From contig CAZSTP010000002.1 of NCBI GenBank assembly GCA_964609325.1, positions 4,984-68,983 of the forward strand: a DNA stretch of 64,000 nucleotides. Reading direction: 5' to 3'. Within the stretch, counting starts at the first letter, position 1. Each line of letters begins with the position of its first letter. Below are positions 1 through 8,213 of this stretch, piece after piece. The notes under the pieces are model-generated. The model saw nothing but the letters and a program-made list of their open reading frames with translations. It did not search any database and had not been told where the DNA came from. The position numbers and the translations under genes are program-made. The stretch comes from an uncultured Novosphingobium sp. (GTDB lineage Bacteria > Pseudomonadota > Alphaproteobacteria > Sphingomonadales > Sphingomonadaceae).

Positions 1-1103
1 AACCCGCCGCTTTCATAGGCGCGCACAAATTCGAGTGCGGTGGCGATCACGATATGCAGCGCGGTGGCTTCAAGCGGTTCGATGAACCCTTGGGATAGTC
101 CTGCGGCGAGGCAATTGCGGCTCCAGCTTTCCTCCACCCGGCCTACCTTCATTTGTAAAAAGCGAGCGGTTTGAGCGCTTTCCGTCATGCCGATGGCTGC
201 GCGCAATTCGGCCTCGGCCTCATCATCGGATAGATAGCTGGATGAATAGACATAGCCATTGCCGACCCGTGTGGTGAGCGGGATGGACCAGCGCCAGCCT
301 GCGCGCATGGCCACGGCATCGGTTTGCGGTTTGAACGGCGCGGCATGGGTCGTGGGCATTACCACCGCGCGATCATTGAGCAGGTTTTCGCTAAAAGATT
401 TGAAGCGCACGCCCAGCTTTTGCTGGATCAAGAGTGCGCGAAAGCCCGAACAATCAACGAAGATATCGCCCGCGATGCGCATGCCATCTTCGCAAAGCAA
501 CGCTGCAATATCGCCATCATCACCGAATTCAACGTCGAGCACTTTTCGCGGCACATGGACAACACCGCGAGCGACGGCCCATTCGCGCAGGAAAACCCCC
601 AACTTGTAGGCATCAAAATGATACCCGTAACTGGGCGCAAAAGGGAAATTGGGGCTTGCTTGAGGTCCTTTTCCGGCATTAGCCAGGCGCGTGGCCAGAA
701 ACCACGGATCAGGATGCGCCGGAACATCAAAGCCGCGCCGCGCCAACATGGCATTCAAGAAAAAGTCCGGTTGGGTGTGCAAGTCTGTCGGACCGGGAAA
801 GGGATGGAAATAGCTTTCAAAGCCCGGTCTGTCGCTCCACCCCGTGAAGCGGATGCCCAGCTTGTATGTGGCATCACACGCGGGCATCCATTCCGCTTCT
901 GCAATGCCGAGATGATCGAACAGCGCCTTTAACTGCGGGGTAGACCCTTCGCCCACCCCGATTATGCCGATTTCTGGGCTTTCGACCACGGTTACGGTGC
1001 CACCACGCGCGGCCCACTCGCGGTGCATCAGGCAGGCCGTAATCCACCCGGCGCTGCCACCGCCAAGAACGACGACGTTTGGCGGGACAGCGCTTTGAAC
1101 CAT
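1..1103 (-). CDS. Flavin-dependent (tryptophan-halogenase-family) halogenase, 3' end runs off the window
   Basis: Not in the ORF track; translated by hand. ATG at 1103 overlaps the GH97 stop (TGATG). Reads MVQSAVPPNVVVLGGGSAGW (GxGxxG), ESPEIGIIGVGEG, ATYKLGIRF (catalytic Lys), GWRWSIP (WxWxIP) and GLSQGFIEPLEAT. Confidence 0.92.
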   Translation of the reverse strand, partial: MVQSAVPPNVVVLGGGSAGWITACLMHREWAARGGTVTVVESPEIGIIGVGEGSTPQLKALFDHLGIAEAEWMPACDATYKLGIRFTGWSDRPGFESYFHPFPGPTDLHTQPDFFLNAMLARRGFDVPAHPDPWFLATRLANAGKGPQASPNFPFAPSYGYHFDAYKLGVFLREWAVARGVVHVPRKVLDVEFGDDGDIAALLCEDGMRIAGDIFVDCSGFRALLIQQKLGVRFKSFSENLLNDRAVVMPTTHAAPFKPQTDAVAMRAGWRWSIPLTTRVGNGYVYSSSYLSDDEAEAELRAAIGMTESAQTARFLQMKVGRVEESWSRNCLAAGLSQGFIEPLEATALHIVIATALEFVRAYESGG

Positions 1104-3154
1104 CAGCGGGCAACCGGTTCCAGAGAGATTGCAAATCCTCCGGCAGTGGCCATCGGCAGGGCCATGGTGTCACCCTTCTTCACGCGCCGTGTTTCATGGA
1201 TGATCCGGTGCTTTGCGTTTTGTGAGCCAAGGCCATTGGCACCTTCCCCATCGCGATAGATGGTGGCCAGATACGTCTTGTTCGCATCCAGAAAATCAAG
1301 CGCGAACGATGGAGTGCGAGGGTTATCATCGGTCACCCCGCCGACAAACCAGCTTTGGGAATTGCGATCCTTGCGCGCAATCACGGCAAATTCGCCCACC
1401 ATACCATCCAGCAGATGGCTTTCGGCCCAATCAGCCGGGACTTTGGCGGTGAAGGCCAGTTCTTTGGGATATTTGGCCAGATTTTCAGGCAGGTCGGCCA
1501 CCATCTGGATCGGGGAGTATACGACCACATAATAAGCCAGTTGCCGCGCCAGCGTTGACATAATCGGCGTACCGTCTTTGCCTTCGAGCGAGAATATGCC
1601 GGGGGTGAAGTCCATCGGCCCGGCGAGCAGGCGGGTAAAGATCAATTCGGGCACATGGTCAGCTGTATTTGTCGGCACGCCCCACGCATCATATTCAACG
1701 CCGCGCGCGGCTTCGCGGGCCACCCAGTTGGGATATGTGCGGCGAAGGCCGGTATCCTTGATCGGCTCGTGCGCGTTCACCGCAATACGGTGCCGCGCGG
1801 CGGTTTTGACCACGTCCAGGTGATGGCGGGACATACGCTGCCCGTCGTGCCATTCCATCACGGTGCCTTTGCCATCAGGGGCAGGCGCTGTGGCGCCGCC
1901 CGCATCAGCGACATACCCCGTTTTCACCAGATTGACGCCAACCTTTTCGTATAGCGCCATCGCATCGTCAAGCTGCGCTTCGTAATTTGCAATGTCACCG
2001 GCAGTTTCGTGATGTCCGATCAGACGCACGCCTTTGGCTTTGCCATATTTCGTGATCGCCGCAATATCGAAGTCCGGGTAGGCCTGGGTAAAGCTGAAGT
2101 TGCGCCCGTTGGCCATCCAATTGCCATCCCAGCCCTTGTTCCAGCCTTCGACCAGAACCCCTGCGAAACCGTGCTTTGCCGCAAAATCGATGTAGCGTTT
2201 GGTGTTCGCCGTATTCGCGCCATGCTTTGGCCCGCTGCCCCAGGTGGTCTTATCAAGGTGCATTTCCCACCACACGCCGATGTATTTCTGAGGCTTGAAC
2301 CAGCTTACATCGCCCAGCACATTAGGTTCATTAAGGTTCAGCGTCAGGTCGTTTTCAAACAGGCCCGCTGGTCCATCGGCAATCAGAATAGTCCGCCACG
2401 GGGTGTTGAAGGCACCAGCGTGTGTGACCTTTGCGCCTTGCGATGATGGGGATAATTCTGAGCGGAAACGCATACCATCCATGCGGCGCAGCCACATGCC
2501 GGCAAAATCCACCAGTGCTGCTTCATGAAAGCTGAGATGGGTGCCATCGCCAAGCTTCATGGTGATCGGCGTATGCGCAACCGATACTGCGTCGATCGGG
2601 GTGCGCACATAGAGGTATTCATAGCGGTTTGAATCGCCTGCCTGAATCCACCACGCTTCACCTTGGGGGGCTTCACCTTGGCGGGCGATGGCAAATTCGG
2701 TCAATTCCTCGGCAATCCGGGCGACTGGCAAAGTCGCCTGCTGCGGAAATTCATAGCGGAATCCGATGCCGCCATCGAACACCCGCACCCGCACGGTGTA
2801 GCGGCGTGGCGCTGGCAGTGATTGCACGAAAGTCACGCTGAGTTCGTTATATCTGTCGCGGATAAACCGGCGTTCGCCCCACGGCTGCTCCCACTGGCTA
2901 TCGTGGCTGGCGCGGGCCTCTGTCTCAACGGCCAAGCCGCGACGCAGCGGTGGCGCATCGGTAAAGTTGAAGCCCAGTTGCGAGCGCGCAAGCAATGGCT
3001 TGCCATCGCGCGCCACGGTGTAAAACGGAACGCCTTCTCCATCCACGTCCAGGCTGACAGCGATCCGCCCGTCAGGCGATAGTACCGGCTCTGCCTGTGC
3101 CAAAGCTGGCAGCAGACATGCCACCAGCGCGATGATGATGTCGCGCAGTTTCAT
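1103..3154 (-). CDS. Glycoside hydrolase family 97 (SusB-like alpha-glucosidase), secreted
   Basis: Signal peptide; GH97-typical segments (WKPQKY-like region FKPQKYIGVWWEMH, GHHET, HEPIKDTG, RLLAGPMDFTPG). Confidence 0.92.
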   Translation of the reverse strand: MKLRDIIIALVACLLPALAQAEPVLSPDGRIAVSLDVDGEGVPFYTVARDGKPLLARSQLGFNFTDAPPLRRGLAVETEARASHDSQWEQPWGERRFIRDRYNELSVTFVQSLPAPRRYTVRVRVFDGGIGFRYEFPQQATLPVARIAEELTEFAIARQGEAPQGEAWWIQAGDSNRYEYLYVRTPIDAVSVAHTPITMKLGDGTHLSFHEAALVDFAGMWLRRMDGMRFRSELSPSSQGAKVTHAGAFNTPWRTILIADGPAGLFENDLTLNLNEPNVLGDVSWFKPQKYIGVWWEMHLDKTTWGSGPKHGANTANTKRYIDFAAKHGFAGVLVEGWNKGWDGNWMANGRNFSFTQAYPDFDIAAITKYGKAKGVRLIGHHETAGDIANYEAQLDDAMALYEKVGVNLVKTGYVADAGGATAPAPDGKGTVMEWHDGQRMSRHHLDVVKTAARHRIAVNAHEPIKDTGLRRTYPNWVAREAARGVEYDAWGVPTNTADHVPELIFTRLLAGPMDFTPGIFSLEGKDGTPIMSTLARQLAYYVVVYSPIQMVADLPENLAKYPKELAFTAKVPADWAESHLLDGMVGEFAVIARKDRNSQSWFVGGVTDDNPRTPSFALDFLDANKTYLATIYRDGEGANGLGSQNAKHRIIHETRRVKKGDTMALPMATAGGFAISLEPVAR

Positions 3155-4773
3155 ACGCTTAACACCACTGCGGCAAATGCCGGAAGGATGTGGGCCTGTC
3201 CTGCGTTAACGCTCATCAAAACATCTCCACTTTGGGCATAGGCAGGCACCGCGACGGGCACTTTGCCAAAGTTGAACAGGCAACGCAGCGTCTCACCGGC
3301 AATTGTGCGCTCGACCAGCAAGAAGTCGGCATCGGCATCGCACTGCGACACAATGCCCACCGCCAGCGCTTTATGGGCTTTGCGCAAGGCGATGCATTGG
3401 CGGGTGAAGGCCAAGAGCGACTGGGGATCAGCTTTCTGCACATCGACAGCATGGGCCAGATTGTCCTGCCCCACCGGCAACCACGGGGCCTCTGATCCAA
3501 ACCCTGCGTCCGGTACACCGGCCACCCATGGCATTGGCGTGCGCGCACCATCGCGCGACAGTGTCAGTGGCCAATTGGCAATGGCTTCAGGGTCCTGCAA
3601 TTGCGCAAAGGGTATATCGACTTGCCCCAGCCCAAGTTCTTCACCCTGATAGATAATTGCATTGCCGCGCAGGCATACAAGCAACAAGGCTTTGAGCCGG
3701 GCAAAGGCATCGCGGTAATCGGGTGATACCCAACGCGAAAGCGCCCGGGGCGCATCATGGTTTTCAAAGGCCCAGCTTGGCCATCCGGTTCCCGGCGTTG
3801 CGGGCCAAGCTGATAACGCTGCCTTGACCAACCCCGGCGTCAATCGGTCGGCATAGAGAAAATCAAAGCCATAGGCCGAATTGAGGTGATTTTCCGCGTG
3901 GGTATAGGCCTTCATTTGCGCATCGGCTTCATCACCGCCCACTTCGGCAACGGTGAAAATGCCGTCGTATTCATCAGTCAGAGCGCGAATGCGTTCAATG
4001 AACTTTTCGATGTCGCGGTGCGACTGGTTGTAGTGCTTCAACTGGAAATCGAACGGACGTGTGCGCGGCTTATCTGTGGCCGGGGCGGGTGGATTATCTC
4101 GCAGTGCCGGATCGTGCATCGCAAAGTTCAGGGCATCGATGCGGAAACCGTCAACCCCCCGTTCCAGCCAGAACCGCGCCACACCCAGCAGCGCTTCCTG
4201 CACTGCCGGATTGTGGCAATTGAGCTGTGGTTGGCTATCAAGGAAGTTGTGCATGTAATATTGTCCGCGCCGGGCATCCCACCGCCAGGCGGGGCCCCCG
4301 AATACGGACTGCCAGTTCGATGGTGGCGACCCGTCGGGCTTGGCATCCGCCCATACATACCAGTCGGCCTTTGCATTCTCTTTCGAAGACCGGCTTTCGA
4401 TGAACCATGCGTGTTGATCAGAGGTGTGGGCGTAGACCTGGTCTATCAGGACGCGCAGGCCCAGATCATGGGCGTGGGCCACCAGCGCGTCGAAGTCTGC
4501 CAGTGTGCCAAAGATCGGATCAACATCGCAATAATCCGACACGTCATAGCCGAAGTCTTTCATCGGCGACGTGAAGAAGGGCGAAATCCAGATGGCATCG
4601 ACGCCAAGCTTTGCGATATGACCCAGCCGCGCGGTAATGCCGGGCAGATCGCCAATGCCATCACCGTTCGCGTCCATAAAACTGCGCGGATAGATTTGAT
4701 AAATTACCGCGCCCTGCCACCAGGGCTGCTGGACAGTAGCGTTCACCGGATCAAGCAGGGTAAGCGTATTCAT
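3151..4773 (-). CDS. GH13 alpha-glucosidase (maltase/oligo-1,6-glucosidase-like)
   Basis: WWQGAVIYQIYPRSF, GVDGFRIDA, AEV and NHD catalytic regions. Start re-picked at ATG 4773, which overlaps the upstream stop (ATGA). Confidence 0.92.
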   Translation of the reverse strand: MNTLTLLDPVNATVQQPWWQGAVIYQIYPRSFMDANGDGIGDLPGITARLGHIAKLGVDAIWISPFFTSPMKDFGYDVSDYCDVDPIFGTLADFDALVAHAHDLGLRVLIDQVYAHTSDQHAWFIESRSSKENAKADWYVWADAKPDGSPPSNWQSVFGGPAWRWDARRGQYYMHNFLDSQPQLNCHNPAVQEALLGVARFWLERGVDGFRIDALNFAMHDPALRDNPPAPATDKPRTRPFDFQLKHYNQSHRDIEKFIERIRALTDEYDGIFTVAEVGGDEADAQMKAYTHAENHLNSAYGFDFLYADRLTPGLVKAALSAWPATPGTGWPSWAFENHDAPRALSRWVSPDYRDAFARLKALLLVCLRGNAIIYQGEELGLGQVDIPFAQLQDPEAIANWPLTLSRDGARTPMPWVAGVPDAGFGSEAPWLPVGQDNLAHAVDVQKADPQSLLAFTRQCIALRKAHKALAVGIVSQCDADADFLLVERTIAGETLRCLFNFGKVPVAVPAYAQSGDVLMSVNAGQAHILPAFAAVVLSV

Positions 4774-6590
4774 CTGCGGAGGCTTTCTATCGCGCGACAC
4801 ACCATCCAGCCAAAGGCAGGCAGCGCAACGCGCACGCTGCCGGGCGCTGTCACCGCAGCAGGACAAGGGCCGGTCAAGGCGTCAAGGTGAGTTGCGGCAG
4901 GGCCGATCGTGCTGTTCACATCAATCGGGTGGCCGGCGGTGTTAAAGGCGATGAAGATTTCTGCGCCGGTAGCAGGATCAAACCGCGAAACCGAAAACAG
5001 CCCCGGTGTTTGCGCATAATCGCGCACAATCTGGGCACCCCCCGACAGTGCAGGCTGGGACCTGCGGATCGCGCTCAGGCTTGCAATAACGCGGAACAGC
5101 GGATGGTTTTCATCGAAATTGCTGCTCGCGGTTGTGGCAGCCGTGCCGATCAAGGCATTGTCATTGTACGATGCAACGCGTGACGGGAACATATCTTCAC
5201 GTGCCGCCTGATCGCCGCCATCGCCGACAAAGCCTTGTTCATCACCGTAATAGATCACCGGCGCGCCGCGCAGCGTCAATAGCATGGCATGGCCAAGCGT
5301 AACCCGGGCCAGCAGTTCATTGCCTGCAATATCGGGGCGGTCTTCCTTCAATAGCGTTGAAAACCGGCCCATATCGTGATTGCCAAGGAATGTGGGCAAC
5401 CGCCGCGCAGCAGCTTCACCACCTTCATACAGGACATCACCGTCAAACATTTCGGCCAGCACCACCGTGCCTTTGCCCTTGCCCAGAACATCGCGCACTG
5501 CCGCCTGAAACGCGAAGTCGAGCACGGCGGGCAAATGGTCGCGCCGAGTATATTGCGCGATGTATCCGCTGTCGGGCGATGTGCGGTATACCTCTCCGAA
5601 CAAGGCAAAATTTGGCAACCCTTGCGCGATGGCGCTCGTTTGGATTGCCGGTATAAATGCCTGCCAGAAACCGGGATCGACATGGCGCGCGGTATCAATG
5701 CGATAGCCGTCGATCTTGGTACGCTCGATCCAGCCCTTGTAGATTTCGATCATCCCGTCGCGCACCTGTGGATGTTCGGTGAACAGATCATCAAGGCCTG
5801 AAAAATCGCCAAAGCGGGAATCTTCACCGGTAAAAGTGGAATCGCCGCGATTGTGATAGAATACCGGATCATTTAGCCACACTGGCACTTTCACTGCGCG
5901 CTCTGCTGGCGGTACGTACGGTGTGTAAGCGTAGGCAGGGTCGGTCAGCTTGGCAAAGTTTGCGGTATTGCTGTCCTGATCGCCTGCAAACCCTTGATTA
6001 ACCGGCGTTCCGGCCAATCCGCCCTTGCGCGAATAGGGATAATCCGCGCGCGAACGATACGCGTATTTTGTCGCCTCACCTTCCTTGTAACGGATCACAT
6101 CGGCGGTGTGATTGGTGATGATGTCGATGTAGACTTTCATCCCGAGGCTGTGCGCCTTGCTCACCAGCGCCTCGAATTCCGCTTCGGTGCCCAGATGGGC
6201 GTCAGGCCGCGTAAAGTCTGTCACCCAATAACCGTGATAGCCTGCGCTTTCCATGCCCGCAGGCCCTTGAACAGCCTTGTTCTGGAAGATGGGCGCAATC
6301 CAAAGCGCAGTAATGCCAAGCTTTTGCAAATAGGGCAGCTGTGCCACCAGACCCTTGAAATCACCGCCGTGAAAGAAGCCCTTGTCGGCCGGATCAAACC
6401 CCGTAACCAGCCGGTCACCCTTCAAATAGCCCTTGTCGTTCTTGCTATCGCCATTCTCGAAACGGTCTGGCAGGACGAAATAGATGACCTCATCGGACAC
6501 ATCGCGCGCGCGGTAATCGGGGACCGATTGCGCATTGGCCACACCTGCACAAAGCAGCGTTGCAAACAGTGTGGTTAACAGGTGTTTCAT
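4770..6590 (-). CDS. Secreted GH13 alpha-amylase/neopullulanase-like enzyme
   Basis: Signal peptide; IYFVLPDRFENGD, GYHGYW, DGYRIDTARH, FGEV, FLGNHDMGRF. Confidence 0.9.
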   Translation of the reverse strand: MKHLLTTLFATLLCAGVANAQSVPDYRARDVSDEVIYFVLPDRFENGDSKNDKGYLKGDRLVTGFDPADKGFFHGGDFKGLVAQLPYLQKLGITALWIAPIFQNKAVQGPAGMESAGYHGYWVTDFTRPDAHLGTEAEFEALVSKAHSLGMKVYIDIITNHTADVIRYKEGEATKYAYRSRADYPYSRKGGLAGTPVNQGFAGDQDSNTANFAKLTDPAYAYTPYVPPAERAVKVPVWLNDPVFYHNRGDSTFTGEDSRFGDFSGLDDLFTEHPQVRDGMIEIYKGWIERTKIDGYRIDTARHVDPGFWQAFIPAIQTSAIAQGLPNFALFGEVYRTSPDSGYIAQYTRRDHLPAVLDFAFQAAVRDVLGKGKGTVVLAEMFDGDVLYEGGEAAARRLPTFLGNHDMGRFSTLLKEDRPDIAGNELLARVTLGHAMLLTLRGAPVIYYGDEQGFVGDGGDQAAREDMFPSRVASYNDNALIGTAATTASSNFDENHPLFRVIASLSAIRRSQPALSGGAQIVRDYAQTPGLFSVSRFDPATGAEIFIAFNTAGHPIDVNSTIGPAATHLDALTGPCPAAVTAPGSVRVALPAFGWMVCRAIESLRR

Positions 6591-8095
6591 GCAGCAACCC
6601 CGCGTACAACTTGATGAAGCACTTCGATGTGGCGCGGCATCAGCCGCACCTCTTCGACCAGTTCGGCCTCGGTCCGGCCCAGAAGATCGCGCAAATCATC
6701 TTCGGACAGAAGATCGGCAATGGGATTATACCCCTCAGCTTCAACGCCTTGGCCTGCCAGAACCTGAAACCAGCCCACTTCGGTGAACAGTTCCTCATGC
6801 TCGCGGTGGATAAAGCCTGTCGCCTGCCACTGCGCCAATTTCCGCTGCAAGGTTTCGGGCAATTCCATGGCGCGCATCGCGTCCCAGAACGGTTCGCCCA
6901 TGCGCTGGTTGGCCCAGTAATGCAGGACGATGAAATCGCGGATTCGGGTCCATTCGAACCGTGCCTGCATGTTGAAATGGTCGATCATTACAGGATTGGA
7001 TTTGCCTGCAGGCAACATCGACAGGAAACGGCTGATCGCGCTCTGCACCAGATGGATGCTAGTTGATTCCAATGGCTCCATGAAGCCTGCGGCCAAGCCG
7101 ATGGCCAAGCAATTGCGGTTCCAATGTTTGCGCCGCATACCTGTGGTGAAGCGCAAGGGACGCGGATCGGCCAGTGGTTGGCCATCGAGATTGGCCAGCA
7201 AGGTCGCCGCCGCCTCATCATCGGAAATCATGGCGCTGGAATAGACATGACCGTTGCCGATGCGGTGTTGCAACGGGATGCGCCATTGCCATCCGCACGT
7301 CCTCGCGGTGGAGCGGGTATAGGGTGTAAAATCACCCCCGCTTGAACAAGGCACTGCTACTGCCCGATCACAGGGCAAGTAGTGCGTCCAGTCGTCAAAT
7401 CCGGTTTCAAGCGCGCTTTCTATCAGAAGCCCGCGAAAGCCGGTGCAATCAATGAAGAAGTCGCCTGCAATCCGTCGCTCACCATCCAGCACGAGAGCGG
7501 CAATATCACCACTTTGGCCATCGCGCTCAACCGTGCGGATCAGGCCTTCAGTCCGTATCACGCCACGCGCCTCGGCAAAGCGGCGCAAGTAAGCGGCATA
7601 ACTCCCTGCATCGAAATGATAGGCATAGGCCATTTCTGGCGATTGCGGCGTGCGACGGCCGCGTTGCATCCGCAGAGTGCGCGCAGCCAGTTCGTTCAAT
7701 GAATAGCGTTGCAGGGGTTTGGCAAAGCCTAGCTGCTTTGCGCGCAACCAGTGGTGCTGGAATGGCAGCAGACCCACCGAACGCCCGATGTTGCCAAAAG
7801 CATGCATGTAGCTTTCGCCTTCACGCTGCCAGCCTGCAAATTCGATGCCCAGTTTGAACGAGCCGTTAGTCTCACGCAGGAACTCGGCCTCATCAAGGCC
7901 CAGCGCAGCGTTGAACAAATGAATTTGCGGGATTGTGGCTTCGCCCACGCCCACCGTGCCGATGTCTTGGCTTTCAACCAGTTCGATCTGCGTTCTCGGA
8001 GGGGCGAAACGCGAAAGAGCTGCAGCGGTCATCCAGCCGGCCGTTCCACCGCCCGCAATGACAAACCGCATGCCGCCATGTTCTTGATTGCCCAC
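6587..8095 (-). CDS. Flavin-dependent (tryptophan-halogenase-family) halogenase
   Basis: GGGTAGW, GVGEAT, SFKLGIEF (catalytic Lys), GWQWRIP, GFMEPLES. Probable GTG start at 8095 behind AGGAG (alternative ATG at 8071). Confidence 0.93.
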   Translation of the reverse strand: MGNQEHGGMRFVIAGGGTAGWMTAAALSRFAPPRTQIELVESQDIGTVGVGEATIPQIHLFNAALGLDEAEFLRETNGSFKLGIEFAGWQREGESYMHAFGNIGRSVGLLPFQHHWLRAKQLGFAKPLQRYSLNELAARTLRMQRGRRTPQSPEMAYAYHFDAGSYAAYLRRFAEARGVIRTEGLIRTVERDGQSGDIAALVLDGERRIAGDFFIDCTGFRGLLIESALETGFDDWTHYLPCDRAVAVPCSSGGDFTPYTRSTARTCGWQWRIPLQHRIGNGHVYSSAMISDDEAAATLLANLDGQPLADPRPLRFTTGMRRKHWNRNCLAIGLAAGFMEPLESTSIHLVQSAISRFLSMLPAGKSNPVMIDHFNMQARFEWTRIRDFIVLHYWANQRMGEPFWDAMRAMELPETLQRKLAQWQATGFIHREHEELFTEVGWFQVLAGQGVEAEGYNPIADLLSEDDLRDLLGRTEAELVEEVRLMPRHIEVLHQVVRGVAA

Positions 8096-8173
8096 AAACC
8101 TCTCCTGCCTGTTTGCGGCATTGTTGCTGTAGCGCCAGTTCTGATCAAGCCGGGATCCAAGCGCCAAACGATG

Positions 8174-8201
8174 CGGCGGACCGGTGGTATCCGGTCCGCC
8201 G
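8174..8201 (-). terminator. Perfect 11-bp stem hairpin after the TonB receptor gene
   Basis: CGGCGGACCGG-tggtat-CCGGTCCGCCG. No clear U-tract on the minus strand, so it may be an mRNA-stabilising or partial-termination hairpin. Confidence 0.55.
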
Positions 8202-8213
8202 TTGCAGTGTTAC

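Noticed and set aside
1-8095. Pyrrolnitrin- or rebeccamycin-type halogenated natural product cluster
   Set aside because: No prnBCD, NRPS/PKS or flavin reductase genes; the context is carbohydrate uptake.
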